Below are positions 1 to 9,825 of a stretch of 23,588 nt of DNA, piece by piece. The stretch lies in contig JBEQAF010000026.1 in NCBI GenBank assembly GCA_041640455.1, forward strand, positions 1-23,588, written 5' to 3'. The notes beneath the pieces were generated by a model. It saw only the letters and a program-made list of their open reading frames with translations, was not told where the DNA came from and did not search any database. The position numbers and the translations under genes are program-made. This DNA is from a bacterium. Lineage in GTDB: Bacteria; CALINM01. Each line of letters opens with the position of its first letter. Position 1 is the stretch's first letter.

Positions 1-1047
1 AGAAAGGGGCTTCAAAGATACATTAACGAAGCTGTAAGGGCATCAGAAGAGCATCCCGTGCTTATAGACAAGTTTCTTAAAGATGCCACAGAGGTAGACG
101 TGGATGCCATCTCTGATGGAGAAATGGTTGTAGTTGGAGGAGTAATGGAGCATATAGAAGAGGCAGGCGTTCATTCTGGAGATAGTGCCTGTATTCTTCC
201 TCCCTATTCTCTTAAGGAAGAGATCGTTAACGAGCTTATCAGACAGACCAAACTACTTGCAAGAGAGCTTAATGTAATCGGGCTTATAAACATTCAGTTC
301 GCCATTAAGGATGAAGAGATTTACATACTGGAGGTAAATCCGAGAGCATCAAGAACTGTCCCCTTTGTAAGTAAAGCGATAGGTATTCCATTGGCAAAGC
401 TTGCTGCTAAATGTATGCTGGGAAAAAAACTATCTGAACTGGGTTTTACAGAGGAGATAGTGCCCAGATATTTCTGTGCGAAGGAAGCCGTATTCCCCTT
501 CATCAAGTTCCCTGGTGTGGACACCATACTGGGACCGGAGATGAAGTCCACTGGCGAGGTTATGGGAATTGATATGACACCCTATCTTGCCTTTGCCAAA
601 TCTCAGATAGCTGCGGGAAATAGCATTCCGCTTAAAGGCAATCTGTTTCTCAGCGTGAAAGATGAAGATAAACCTCTAATTGTTGAGATAGCAAGACTTT
701 TAAAAACCTACGGCTTTAATCTTATCTGCACAAGAGGCACTTCAAAGTTTTTAAAAGATAAGGGAATAGATAATGAGATGGTTCTTAAGGTAGTAGAAGG
801 AAGACCCAATATAGTGGATAAGATTAAAAACGGTGAGATAAACCTTATAATCAATACCACCTTTGGTAGCAAAGAGATAGAGGATTCATATATAATAAGG
901 AGGACAGCGCTGGAAAACGGTATCCCCTACTTTACAACTTTACCTGCTGTAAAAATTGCTTCATACTCTATACCTGAAATGATAAAAACCGAGACCAGGG
1001 TATCCTCCCTGCAGGAATATCACAGACTAATCGGAGGTAGTAGATAA
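1..1047 (+). CDS. carB: Carbamoyl-phosphate synthase large subunit, C-terminal part (5' end outside window)
   Basis: Frame is open from base 1 (RKGLQRYINEAVRASEEHPVLIDKFL...). Carries CPS motifs MEHIEEAGVHSGDS, EVNPRASRTVPFVSKA and LGPEMKSTGEVMG, plus a C-terminal MGS domain (GRPNIVDKIKNGEINLIINT). Confidence 0.98.
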   Translation, partial: RKGLQRYINEAVRASEEHPVLIDKFLKDATEVDVDAISDGEMVVVGGVMEHIEEAGVHSGDSACILPPYSLKEEIVNELIRQTKLLARELNVIGLINIQFAIKDEEIYILEVNPRASRTVPFVSKAIGIPLAKLAAKCMLGKKLSELGFTEEIVPRYFCAKEAVFPFIKFPGVDTILGPEMKSTGEVMGIDMTPYLAFAKSQIAAGNSIPLKGNLFLSVKDEDKPLIVEIARLLKTYGFNLICTRGTSKFLKDKGIDNEMVLKVVEGRPNIVDKIKNGEINLIINTTFGSKEIEDSYIIRRTALENGIPYFTTLPAVKIASYSIPEMIKTETRVSSLQEYHRLIGGSR

Positions 1048-1520
1048 TGGAACGTTATCCAATGACAAAGGCTTGTTATGAAAAATTAAGAAATGAGCTG
1101 GAACATCTAAAAAAAATAGAAAGACCCAAGGTTATCAAGGATATCGCAGAGGCAAGATCTCACGGAGACCTTTCTGAAAATGCTGAATATGATGCCGCAA
1201 GAAACAGACAGGGGCTTATAGAGGCAAAGATAAGCGAGCTGGAAGGCAAACTTTCCAAAGCTATAATAATTGATCCTGAGACACTTAACACCGACAGGGT
1301 AGCTTTTGGACTAAAGGTGACCATACTGGATCTGAACACAGATGAGGAGTTTACCTATCAGATAGTATCGGAAGACGAGTCAGATGTGAAGTCAGGAAAG
1401 ATATCCTATACATCTCCCATAGGCAAAGCCCTGATAGGTAAAAGTGTGGGCGATACGGTCAAGGTTCAGGTTCCTATAGGAGTAAAAGAGTTTGAAATAC
1501 TGTCTATTGAAAAACCATAA
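1047..1520 (+). CDS. greA: Transcription elongation factor GreA
   Basis: ARSHGDLSENAEYDAA signature and ISYTSPIGKALIGK. TAATG overlap with carB; SD GGAGGT at 1033-1038. Confidence 0.97.
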   Translation: MERYPMTKACYEKLRNELEHLKKIERPKVIKDIAEARSHGDLSENAEYDAARNRQGLIEAKISELEGKLSKAIIIDPETLNTDRVAFGLKVTILDLNTDEEFTYQIVSEDESDVKSGKISYTSPIGKALIGKSVGDTVKVQVPIGVKEFEILSIEKP

Positions 1521-2928
1521 TCTAAAATCCTTTATTATTTTTTTTCTGATCCTCTTTGCATGCAGAAGCGGTGAGAGCACAGCTATTGAAAAGCCCGCCT
1601 TCAGTTTAAAAAACCCATTGAAGGAAGAGTATTTAGGGCTTTTCTTTGAAGATAAAAAGATCGGATATTTTCAGGGTATTGCCAGCGAGATAGATATAAA
1701 AGGAAAAGACCACTATCTGCTCACAGGATCGGGCGTTATAAGACTTGATCTAAAACCCGATAAAATTTACACAATCCTTAAAGAAGAGATAATACTTACA
1801 AAGACATATAAACCAGTGTATTTTCACTATAGCCAGAAGATAGGCGATTCCTTGCTGGAGATTAAAGGAAAGGGCATGGAAAAAGATTTAAAAATTATCA
1901 TAAGCTCAGCAGAAAGAACTGACCAAGAGAAGCTTCCTCAGGATGTTCTCCCCCTCTCAGCAGCAGGATTTGTTGTCTGGAAAGAAGGCATAAAAGAAGG
2001 TAAAAAATACCAGTTTAAGGTTTATGTGGAAGCCATGCAGAAAATGGAAAAACTTACCATTGAAGTTGGATCTCCACAAATTGAAAAGGGGCAGAAGATT
2101 TACCCTTTGATACAGAAGTTGGGCAATATTGAGGTAAAAAGCTATGTGCTTGAAAACGGAGAGACCTATAAAGAAGAGTCCATTCAGGGCTTTACCTTAA
2201 AAAGAATCCCCAAAGAAGAGGCTACAAAGCTTGAGGATGGTCCTTCTGTTTATGACATTCTTGCCTATGTTTCCATCCCAGCTGATATAAATGAAAAACC
2301 TGAAGAGATTAAAGAGATAACCTTTGAGCTCTCGGGGGTTGATAAGATTATACCCCCTTCATCTGCATACCAGAGCAGCACAAGATCTGGCGATAAGATT
2401 ATAGTTAAAACTTCTCGAGAGAAAAAGTTTCAAGAAAAAAACGTTTCCGTTGATAAATATCTAAAATCAACTCCAAGAATTCAGAGCTCCGACACTGAGA
2501 TAATAAAACTTGCCCGTTCTGTGGCAGGTGATGCAAAGGATAGTAGAGAAAAAGCTCTGCGGGTGGTAAGATGGGTAAATAAAAACATAAAAAAATCATT
2601 AAAAGATCGTGCCTCTGCCCTTGAGGTGTTAAAAACAAGGGAGGGAGAGTGCGAATCCCATTCTATGCTAACAGCTGCTATGTTAAGGAGTCTAAATATA
2701 CCTACAAAAATAGTTGGCGGCATTACCTACTCTTCAGAACAGAAAAGCTTTCTCTATCATGCATGGAATGAGGTTTTTATTGACGGCACATTTGTCCCCG
2801 TTGATGCCACTTTTGGTGAGTTTCCCGCAAACCCAGCTCATATAAAGCTTACTGAGGAAGAAAATACGGAAGATATCTCGTTATATCTGGGCAGAGTAAA
2901 GCTCAGAGTCTTAGAAATCAAGAAATGA
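1492..2928 (+). CDS. Transglutaminase-like (Cys-His-Asp) domain protein, predicted lipoprotein
   Basis: Hydrophobic N-terminus ending in a lipobox-like LFAC. C-terminal motifs GECESH, YHAWNE and VDATF give the triad. TTG start preceded by AGGAG (1478-1482) inside greA; exact start uncertain. Confidence 0.85.
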   Translation: MKYCLLKNHNLKSFIIFFLILFACRSGESTAIEKPAFSLKNPLKEEYLGLFFEDKKIGYFQGIASEIDIKGKDHYLLTGSGVIRLDLKPDKIYTILKEEIILTKTYKPVYFHYSQKIGDSLLEIKGKGMEKDLKIIISSAERTDQEKLPQDVLPLSAAGFVVWKEGIKEGKKYQFKVYVEAMQKMEKLTIEVGSPQIEKGQKIYPLIQKLGNIEVKSYVLENGETYKEESIQGFTLKRIPKEEATKLEDGPSVYDILAYVSIPADINEKPEEIKEITFELSGVDKIIPPSSAYQSSTRSGDKIIVKTSREKKFQEKNVSVDKYLKSTPRIQSSDTEIIKLARSVAGDAKDSREKALRVVRWVNKNIKKSLKDRASALEVLKTREGECESHSMLTAAMLRSLNIPTKIVGGITYSSEQKSFLYHAWNEVFIDGTFVPVDATFGEFPANPAHIKLTEEENTEDISLYLGRVKLRVLEIKK

Positions 2929-5045
2929 TCGAACTGCTTGATAAAATGGAGAGTTTTCTAAGCACACCTTTAAAAGGCTTTAAGGGTGTGGGCGAAAAAA
3001 GCGCAAAGATACTTGAAAAAAATGGTATTTTAACAGTAAGAGACATAATTTTTAACATACCAGAAAGATGGATAGATAAAAGACATATATCAAAAATCAG
3101 AGATATAAGAGCAGGTGATCTGGCTTATATAAAGGCTAAGGTGCTAAATAGCGGCAGCTGGATCGCAAAAGGCTTTTTAAATAAACGAGTTAATGGGTTT
3201 ACTGCCACTGTTTATGATGGAACAGGCTATCTGACCTTAAGATGGTTTTATGACCCACCCGCTTTTATAAAAAATATGCTATCTTCTAAAGCTGAGATTT
3301 ATATATACGGCAAGGTTAATATTTTTAAGACCTCTAAGGAGATATCCCATCCAGAGATAGAGCTTGCATCCTCTGACTTTATGCCTCAGCATAAAATCAT
3401 CCCATCATACAATGGCATACCTAAGGGGATCTCCGAAGGTGTTTACAGAAGATTAATGGAACAGGCAGTTTCGGCAGGAAGAGATATTTTGATATCCCTT
3501 CTGCCTCAGAAGATTAAAAAAGTTTTTAATATTATAGAAATAGGCGAGGCTCTCTATAACATTCACTTTCCAGATAATGATTTCTCAAGACCAATATGGG
3601 AAGAGAAAAAGAGCCCCTATCATCTATCCCTTCTTTATGAAGAGCTTTTTCTATTCTTCTCCATATTTGCAATGAAAAAGGAAGAATATGAGCGTATTCA
3701 GATCCCGCCTTTAAAAATTAACTATGATGTGGTTAACAGTTTTTTAAAGGAGCTCCCCTACCCCTTAACAGACGCACAGAAAAAGGTGATTGAACAGATA
3801 AAAAATGACCTATGCAGACCAACGCCCATGCACAGATTGCTTCAGGGAGATGTGGGATCAGGAAAAACCATAGTTGCCATCATATCGGCACTTTCAGTTA
3901 TCTCAGCCAAAAAGCAGGTGGCATTGATGGTGCCTACTGAGATACTGGCTGAACAGCATTTTAACAATATAAGAGAGCTTTTAAAAAATCAGAATATTAA
4001 AGCAGGTCTTATAACCTCTTCTCTGAGAAAAAAAGATAAGGAGCAGATTCTGAGAGAGATCTGCTCTGGAGATATGCAGTTTATTGTTGGCACCCATTCT
4101 CTCATTCAGGAAGATGTTAGCTTCCGAGAGCTTGGTCTTGCCATAATTGATGAGCAACACCGTTTTGGTGTGGAGCAAAGAAATCTGCTAAGGAAAAAGG
4201 GGAATAACCCACATATACTTTATATGACCGCAACACCCATTCCCAGAACCCTTACAATGACTCTTTACGGAGATCTGGAGCTGTCAGTGATAGACCAACT
4301 CCCACCTGGCAGGAAACCTGTAAGAACTATTGTGCTACCCGAATCTCAGAGAGAACGGGCTTTTAAACTTATCGAATCAGAGATCAGAAGGGGATTCCAG
4401 TGTTATATTGTATATCCTGTTATAGAAGAGGATAATGCGCTTGAGCTTAAATCAGCAAAAGAGATGTATCAGGTTGTAAAAGATAAATTCAGCTATGTGG
4501 AGTGCCGACTTTTACACGGCAAGCTTTCTCAGGAAGAAAAGGATGAGATCATGGCTGGCTTTAAAAGTGGATTGATTAAAATATTAGTATCCACAACGGT
4601 TATAGAGGTGGGTGTGGATGTGCCGAGAGCAACAGTGATGGTAATAGAGCATGGTGAAAGATTTGGTCTATCCCAGTTGCATCAGCTAAGAGGCAGAATA
4701 GGAAGAGGTGGTGAAGAATCATACTGCGTCGTGCTTGTGGAAACAAAAAAACTTAGCAAGGAAGGCAGAGAAAGACTGATCTACTTTAGAGATACTGCAG
4801 ATGGGTTTAAACTGGCTGAGTTTGATCTTAAACTTAGAGGACCCGGTGAGATCGCCGGCACAAGGCAGTCTGGTATGCCTGAATTTCGCTTTGCCGATCT
4901 GATAAAACATGCTGAGCTAATAGAGAAGATGAAAAACAATGTGGAAACCTATTTGAAATCGGCAGATAGTGAATATATAAAGCAGCTTCCAAGAATCCAG
5001 CAATTATTTTTTAACAGAAACTTTGAGTATACAAAGGTAGGATGA
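2925..5045 (+). CDS. recG: ATP-dependent DNA helicase RecG
   Basis: LQGDVGSGKT, DEQHRFGV, MTATPIPRT, LHQLRGRIGR and RGPGE motifs, with an N-terminal wedge domain. ATGA overlap with the upstream gene. Confidence 0.98.
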   Translation: MIELLDKMESFLSTPLKGFKGVGEKSAKILEKNGILTVRDIIFNIPERWIDKRHISKIRDIRAGDLAYIKAKVLNSGSWIAKGFLNKRVNGFTATVYDGTGYLTLRWFYDPPAFIKNMLSSKAEIYIYGKVNIFKTSKEISHPEIELASSDFMPQHKIIPSYNGIPKGISEGVYRRLMEQAVSAGRDILISLLPQKIKKVFNIIEIGEALYNIHFPDNDFSRPIWEEKKSPYHLSLLYEELFLFFSIFAMKKEEYERIQIPPLKINYDVVNSFLKELPYPLTDAQKKVIEQIKNDLCRPTPMHRLLQGDVGSGKTIVAIISALSVISAKKQVALMVPTEILAEQHFNNIRELLKNQNIKAGLITSSLRKKDKEQILREICSGDMQFIVGTHSLIQEDVSFRELGLAIIDEQHRFGVEQRNLLRKKGNNPHILYMTATPIPRTLTMTLYGDLELSVIDQLPPGRKPVRTIVLPESQRERAFKLIESEIRRGFQCYIVYPVIEEDNALELKSAKEMYQVVKDKFSYVECRLLHGKLSQEEKDEIMAGFKSGLIKILVSTTVIEVGVDVPRATVMVIEHGERFGLSQLHQLRGRIGRGGEESYCVVLVETKKLSKEGRERLIYFRDTADGFKLAEFDLKLRGPGEIAGTRQSGMPEFRFADLIKHAELIEKMKNNVETYLKSADSEYIKQLPRIQQLFFNRNFEYTKVG

Positions 5046-5061
5046 TATCCTTAAAAAAGTT

Positions 5062-5090
5062 TTCATTCTTTTTTCAGATTAAATTATAAT
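5062..5090 (+). promoter_or_regulatory. Candidate sigma70 promoter for the ACT/UPF0210 pair
   Basis: TTCATT (5062-5067), 17-nt spacer, TATAAT (5085-5090); SD AGGAG at 5108-5112. Confidence 0.6.
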
Positions 5091-5118
5091 ATTTGTTTAA
5101 AAATTTCAGGAGAAGATA

Positions 5119-5397
5119 ATGGAAGGCAGGGTTGTAATAACTGTTTTAGGAGAGGACAGGGTTGGTATAGTTGCAAGGGTTTCTACTCTACTTGCGGATA
5201 ATCAGATAAACATTGAGGACATTACACAGAAAATACTAAAAGGTAACATATTTGCCATGATAATGCTGGTTGATATGAAAAACTCCAAAGTGGATCTGGC
5301 AGAGCTTAAAAAACTGCTTGACAAGAAAGGGGAAGAGCTGGGCATGAAAATATCTGCCTATGATCTAAACCTTTTTAATTATATGCACAGGATATAA
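5119..5397 (+). CDS. Stand-alone ACT domain protein (UPF0237 family)
   Basis: VITVLGEDRVGIVARVS...NIEDITQ...FAMIMLVD and C-terminal FNYMHRI are typical of the ACT protein paired with UPF0210. Confidence 0.9.
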   Translation: MEGRVVITVLGEDRVGIVARVSTLLADNQINIEDITQKILKGNIFAMIMLVDMKNSKVDLAELKKLLDKKGEELGMKISAYDLNLFNYMHRI

Positions 5398-5399
5398 CA

Positions 5400-6764
5400 A
5401 TGAGCATTACGCCTGAAGAGATTCTTGAAACTATTAAAATGATAGATGACCTGAATCTGGACATACGCACCATCACAATGGGTATCAGTCTTTATGACTG
5501 TGGGGGAAGCAGTGTTGATGAGATTAACAACAAGGTCTATGAAAAAATACTTAAATGTGCCAAATCGCTTAAGAAAGAGGCGAAAAATCTTGAAAACAGA
5601 TATGGACTGCCCATAGTTAATACAAGGATTTCCATAACTCCGGTATCTCTTTTCTGCTCAATAAAAGATCCATCAGACATGGTTTTGCTGGCAAAAAATC
5701 TGGATCTTATTGCCCACGAACTTGATATTGATTTTATTGGTGGGTTTGGCTGTCTTGTTCACAAAGGAGAGACGGAGATTGACAAGACTGTTATTGAATC
5801 CCTTCCTTATGCCCTTTCAGAAACAGAGAAGGTCTGCTCATTTGTTAATGTGGCATCTTCAAAAAGCGGTATAAATATAGATGCTATTAGCAAAATGGGT
5901 AGGGTGATAAAAGAGATAGCTCACAAAACTGCGCAGAGAGACAGTATAGGCTGTGCCAAACTGGTGGTATTTGCCAATGCTGTAGAGGATAATCCCTTTA
6001 TGGCAGGAGCCTTTCATGGTCCCGGTGAGCCAGAATGTACTGTTAACATAGGTGTATCTGGACCTGGAGTTGTTAGATATGCTTTAAAAAAACTGGGGAA
6101 ACAGGCATCACTTGGAGAGGTTGCTGAAACTATTAAAAAAGTAGCCTTCAAGATAACCCGAGCAGGTGAGCTGATAGGCAGAGAGATTGCCAAAAAACTA
6201 AATGTTTCCTTTGGTATTCTGGATCTTTCTCTTGCACCTACACCTGCTGTGGGAGACAGTGTGGCAGACATCATAGAAGAGATCGGGATTGAAAGCACAG
6301 GTGGTTTCGGTTCTGTATGTGCACTTTTTTTGCTTAATGATGCGGTAAAAAAAGGTGGTCTTTTTGCCTCTTCCTCCGTTGGTGGGCTGAGCGGAGCCTT
6401 TATCCCTGTTAGCGAAGACAGAGGTATGATTGAGGCTGTTAAAAAAGGAAGCGTTAATCTCGAGATGTTGATGGCAATGACATCGGTCTGCTCGGTTGGG
6501 CTTGATATGATAGCCATACCTGGCGATACAAAAGAGGAGATCATCTCTGCCATCATAGCCGATGAAGCTGCCATAGGTGTTGCAAATAACAAGACTACGG
6601 GGGTCAGGATAATCCCTGCCACGTGTAAAAAAGCAGGAGATTATGTTTCTTTTGGAGGGCTACTTGGAGAGGCTCCTGTGATGGATATAAAAAGCTTTTC
6701 TCCGCTGGGATTTATCTCCCGTGGTGGACGGGTACCTGCTCCTGTAATCGGGTTCAGGAACTAA
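5400..6764 (+). CDS. UPF0210/DUF711 ('PFL family') protein
   Basis: LDIRTITMGISL, NAVEDNPFMAGAFHG, GVSGPGVV, DLSLAPTP, MTSVCSVGLDMIAIPG and C-terminal RGGRVPAP; 454 aa. Confidence 0.93.
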   Translation: MSITPEEILETIKMIDDLNLDIRTITMGISLYDCGGSSVDEINNKVYEKILKCAKSLKKEAKNLENRYGLPIVNTRISITPVSLFCSIKDPSDMVLLAKNLDLIAHELDIDFIGGFGCLVHKGETEIDKTVIESLPYALSETEKVCSFVNVASSKSGINIDAISKMGRVIKEIAHKTAQRDSIGCAKLVVFANAVEDNPFMAGAFHGPGEPECTVNIGVSGPGVVRYALKKLGKQASLGEVAETIKKVAFKITRAGELIGREIAKKLNVSFGILDLSLAPTPAVGDSVADIIEEIGIESTGGFGSVCALFLLNDAVKKGGLFASSSVGGLSGAFIPVSEDRGMIEAVKKGSVNLEMLMAMTSVCSVGLDMIAIPGDTKEEIISAIIADEAAIGVANNKTTGVRIIPATCKKAGDYVSFGGLLGEAPVMDIKSFSPLGFISRGGRVPAPVIGFRN

Positions 6765-6812
6765 AAATTGTTAATTTTTTGTTAAAATTAGCTTTTTAAT
6801 AAATAAATTTTT

Positions 6813-6821
6813 TGCTAATCT
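6813..6821 (+). promoter_or_regulatory. Candidate extended -10 promoter for a leaderless xseB transcript
   Basis: TG-c-TAATCT ends 6 nt before ATG 6828; no SD present. Confidence 0.35.
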
Positions 6822-6827
6822 TAATCT

Positions 6828-7076
6828 ATGAAAGAAACCAAAACCTTTGAAACAGCATTAAAAAAGCTGGAAAACATTACAAGAAAGTTAGAAAACGAAG
6901 ATATATCCCTTGACGAATCCATAGCACTTTTTGAAGAGGGGGTGAAGCTGGTACGTTTTCTTCAGGGAAAGCTTAACGAGGTAGAAAGAAAGGTGGAGAT
7001 TCTTGTTAAAGAACCTGAAGAAAGGTTTAAAACAGAAGAGTTTGAGGAAGATTCTCAAAATGATGAGGGCTATTAA
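6828..7076 (+). CDS. xseB: Exodeoxyribonuclease VII small subunit
   Basis: FETALKKLENITRKLE...SLDESIALFEEGVKL; first gene of the canonical xseB-ispA-dxs cluster. Confidence 0.96.
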   Translation: MKETKTFETALKKLENITRKLENEDISLDESIALFEEGVKLVRFLQGKLNEVERKVEILVKEPEERFKTEEFEEDSQNDEGY

Positions 7077-7963
7077 TGGCTTTTGAAAAATATCTCAATT
7101 CAAGAAAAGAGATTGTTGAAGAGGAGCTTAAAAAATATTTTCCAGAAAATATCTATCCAGAAATAATAGGTAGCTCCATCAGGTACAGCCTTCTTGATGC
7201 CGGCAAACGAGTGAGACCGGTACTTATGCTTGCTGTGGCAGATCTTTTCGATACCCCCTACCAACAGGTTATGCCCTTTGCCTGCGCCATAGAGATGATT
7301 CATACCTATACGCTTATTCACGATGATCTCCCAGCCATGGATAACGATGATTATAGAAGGGGAAAGCTAACTAACCACAAGGTATTCGGCGATGCTATAG
7401 CCATTCTTGCGGGAGATGCGCTTCTTACTGAGGCTTTCAGGATAATGACTGAGAAAAGCCTTGAACTTAAGATACCCCCCAAAAAAGCTTTGCGGGCACT
7501 ATATGAGATTGCCTTCAGGTGCGGTATAAAAGGAGTTGTGGGTGGTCAGGTTATGGACATAATTTGTGAAAACAAAGATATAGATGAGGCTACCATAGAG
7601 TATATTCACACTCACAAGACAGGAGCTCTCATATTGGCATCCATAAATGTGGGCGCCATTTTATCAAATACTACAAAAAAAGATCTGGACAGATTATCTA
7701 TTTACGGAAAAAAAATAGGGTTAGCCTTTCAAATAATGGATGATATCCTAGATATAGAGGGCTCTTTCGAGAAGCTCGGCAAAAAAACTGGCGTTGATGA
7801 GGCAAAAAATAAAAATACTTATCCAAAGGTTGTGGGGCTTAAAACATCAAAGGATCTACTAAATGAGCTTACAGAGGATGCCATCACGGCGCTTAAATAC
7901 TATGGCAAAAAAGCTAAGGTTCTGAAAGATTTTGCCCTTTACCTGAGAGACAGGCAGAGCTAA
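7076..7963 (+). CDS. ispA: Short-chain polyprenyl (farnesyl/geranylgeranyl) diphosphate synthase
   Basis: GKRVRP, FARM DDLPAMD preceded by aromatic Y at -5, RRGK, KTG, and SARM FQIMDDILD. Confidence 0.95.
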   Translation: MAFEKYLNSRKEIVEEELKKYFPENIYPEIIGSSIRYSLLDAGKRVRPVLMLAVADLFDTPYQQVMPFACAIEMIHTYTLIHDDLPAMDNDDYRRGKLTNHKVFGDAIAILAGDALLTEAFRIMTEKSLELKIPPKKALRALYEIAFRCGIKGVVGGQVMDIICENKDIDEATIEYIHTHKTGALILASINVGAILSNTTKKDLDRLSIYGKKIGLAFQIMDDILDIEGSFEKLGKKTGVDEAKNKNTYPKVVGLKTSKDLLNELTEDAITALKYYGKKAKVLKDFALYLRDRQS

Positions 7964-9816
7964 TGTCCATACTGGAAAAGGTAAACACACCTGAAGATCT
8001 TAAAAAACTATCTATCGATGAGCTAAACAGCCTCTCTGCCGAGATACGGGAGCTCATAATTGACACAGTGTCAAAAAATGGTGGGCATCTTGCGTCAAGT
8101 TTAGGCGCTGTGGAGCTTACTATCGCTCTGTATTATGTATTTAATCCGCCAGCTGATAAAGTTATATGGGATGTGGGGCATCAGTCTTATGCCCATAAAA
8201 TACTTACTGGAAGAAAAGATAGGTTCCATACCATAAGAACTTATGGCGGGCTTTCTGGTTTCCCCAATAGGGAAGAAAGCCCTTACGATGTGGCTACCTG
8301 CGGACACAGCTCCACATCTATCTCTCTTGCTGTCGGGCTTGCAACCGGGAGAGATCTTAAAAATAATAACAACAAGGTTATAGCAGTAATAGGAGACGGC
8401 TCGCTTACAGCAGGGCTTGCTCTTGAGGGGATAAATAATGCAGGGCATCTGGATAAAAACCTAATAATCATATTGAACGATAATGAGATGTCTATCTCGG
8501 AAAATGTGGGCGCCCTCTCTTCCTATCTTTCTCGGATACTTACGGGTCAGTTTTATACCCGCTTTCGTAAAGATATTGAAAAAATTCTGCTATCTGTACC
8601 ACGAATAGGCTCATCATTGCTTAAGATGGCAAAAAGAGCAGAAGAGCTTGTAAAGGGGCTAATAACTCCAGGAATCATATTTGAAGAGTTAGGATTAAAA
8701 TACATCGGTCCCATTAACGGTCATGACCTGCCCAATCTTATCGAAACATTGAAAAATATAAGCAACTTGGAAGGTCCCATACTAATTCATGTTTATACGA
8801 GGAAGGGGAAAGGCTACAAGCCCGCTGAGGAAGAGGCTGAGTTTTTTCATGGAGTTCCACCTTTTGACAGAGAGCTTGGCAGAGTTCTAAAACCGAAGGA
8901 GATAAGTTTTACAGATATATTTGGTGAAACACTAACCCAGATGGCTCTCGAAGATATAAGGGTTGTAGCCATCACCGCAGCTATGAGATCAGGTACAGGG
9001 CTGAAAAAGTTTGCCGAAACCCATAAGGACCGATTTTTTGATGTGGGTATAGCAGAACAGCATGCAGTAACCTTTGCGGCAGGTCTTGCTATAGAAGGAT
9101 TTAGACCCTATGTGGCAATATACTCTACCTTCTTGCAAAGAAGCTTTGATATGATAATACACGATGTATGCCTTCAAAATCTTCCTGTGTGCTTTGCTAT
9201 TGACCGTGCAGGGCTTGTTGGAGAAGACGGTCCAACTCATCATGGTCAGTTTGATCTTTCCTACCTAAGATGTATTCCAAATATAGTGGTTTGTGCGCCT
9301 AAGGATGATAAAGAGTTTATATCTCTTCTTAGATCTACCTTAAAATGGGATAAGCCTTCATGCATTAGATATCCGAGAGGAGCCGCTATTATTTCTGATG
9401 AAGAAATAAGGGAGATATCTATTGGTAAAGGGAGGTTAATAAAAGAAGGAAAGGATATTGCAGTGCTGGCGGTGGGACCATTTGTATATGAAGCGCTTAA
9501 GGCTGGAGAGAGACTTGAGCAGGAGGGTATCAGTATCACCATATTTAATCCCATATTTATAAAACCTCTGGATGAAGAAAACATACTGGGTATTCTTAAT
9601 AGTCATAAGACTGTTATAACTTTAGAGGAGAATACTATCATTGGTGGATTCGGATCTGCAGTTCTTGAGCTTGCAGCACAAAGGGGGATAAAAACAGATA
9701 TAAAAACTCTCGGGCTGCCCGATGCGTTTGTCCCTCATGGTTCTATTAATCTTCTTAGAGAAAAATGCGGGCTTCTTTCAGAAAATATTTATAGCTTTAT
9801 CAAAAATCATAAATAA
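7963..9816 (+). CDS. dxs: 1-deoxy-D-xylulose-5-phosphate synthase
   Basis: GGHLASSLG, WDVGHQSY, GDGSLT...LNDNEMSI (TPP motif), DVGIAEQHAV and DRAGLVGEDGPTHHG. Confidence 0.98.
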   Translation: MSILEKVNTPEDLKKLSIDELNSLSAEIRELIIDTVSKNGGHLASSLGAVELTIALYYVFNPPADKVIWDVGHQSYAHKILTGRKDRFHTIRTYGGLSGFPNREESPYDVATCGHSSTSISLAVGLATGRDLKNNNNKVIAVIGDGSLTAGLALEGINNAGHLDKNLIIILNDNEMSISENVGALSSYLSRILTGQFYTRFRKDIEKILLSVPRIGSSLLKMAKRAEELVKGLITPGIIFEELGLKYIGPINGHDLPNLIETLKNISNLEGPILIHVYTRKGKGYKPAEEEAEFFHGVPPFDRELGRVLKPKEISFTDIFGETLTQMALEDIRVVAITAAMRSGTGLKKFAETHKDRFFDVGIAEQHAVTFAAGLAIEGFRPYVAIYSTFLQRSFDMIIHDVCLQNLPVCFAIDRAGLVGEDGPTHHGQFDLSYLRCIPNIVVCAPKDDKEFISLLRSTLKWDKPSCIRYPRGAAIISDEEIREISIGKGRLIKEGKDIAVLAVGPFVYEALKAGERLEQEGISITIFNPIFIKPLDEENILGILNSHKTVITLEENTIIGGFGSAVLELAAQRGIKTDIKTLGLPDAFVPHGSINLLREKCGLLSENIYSFIKNHK

Positions 9817-9825
9817 TTTAGTTCA

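Noticed and set aside
58..1047. Track start of the first ORF at 58
   Set aside because: The frame is open from base 1 and CarB is far longer; this is an internal GTG of a gene starting upstream.
6014..6622. 202-aa antisense ORF (and the other short opposite-strand or nested ORFs in the track)
   Set aside because: They lie within well-supported genes, show no recognisable motifs, and look like shadow ORFs.
6763..6779. Inverted repeat AAAAATT-gtt-AATTTTT after the UPF0210 gene
   Set aside because: A/T-only stem with a 3-nt loop; too weak to call an intrinsic terminator.
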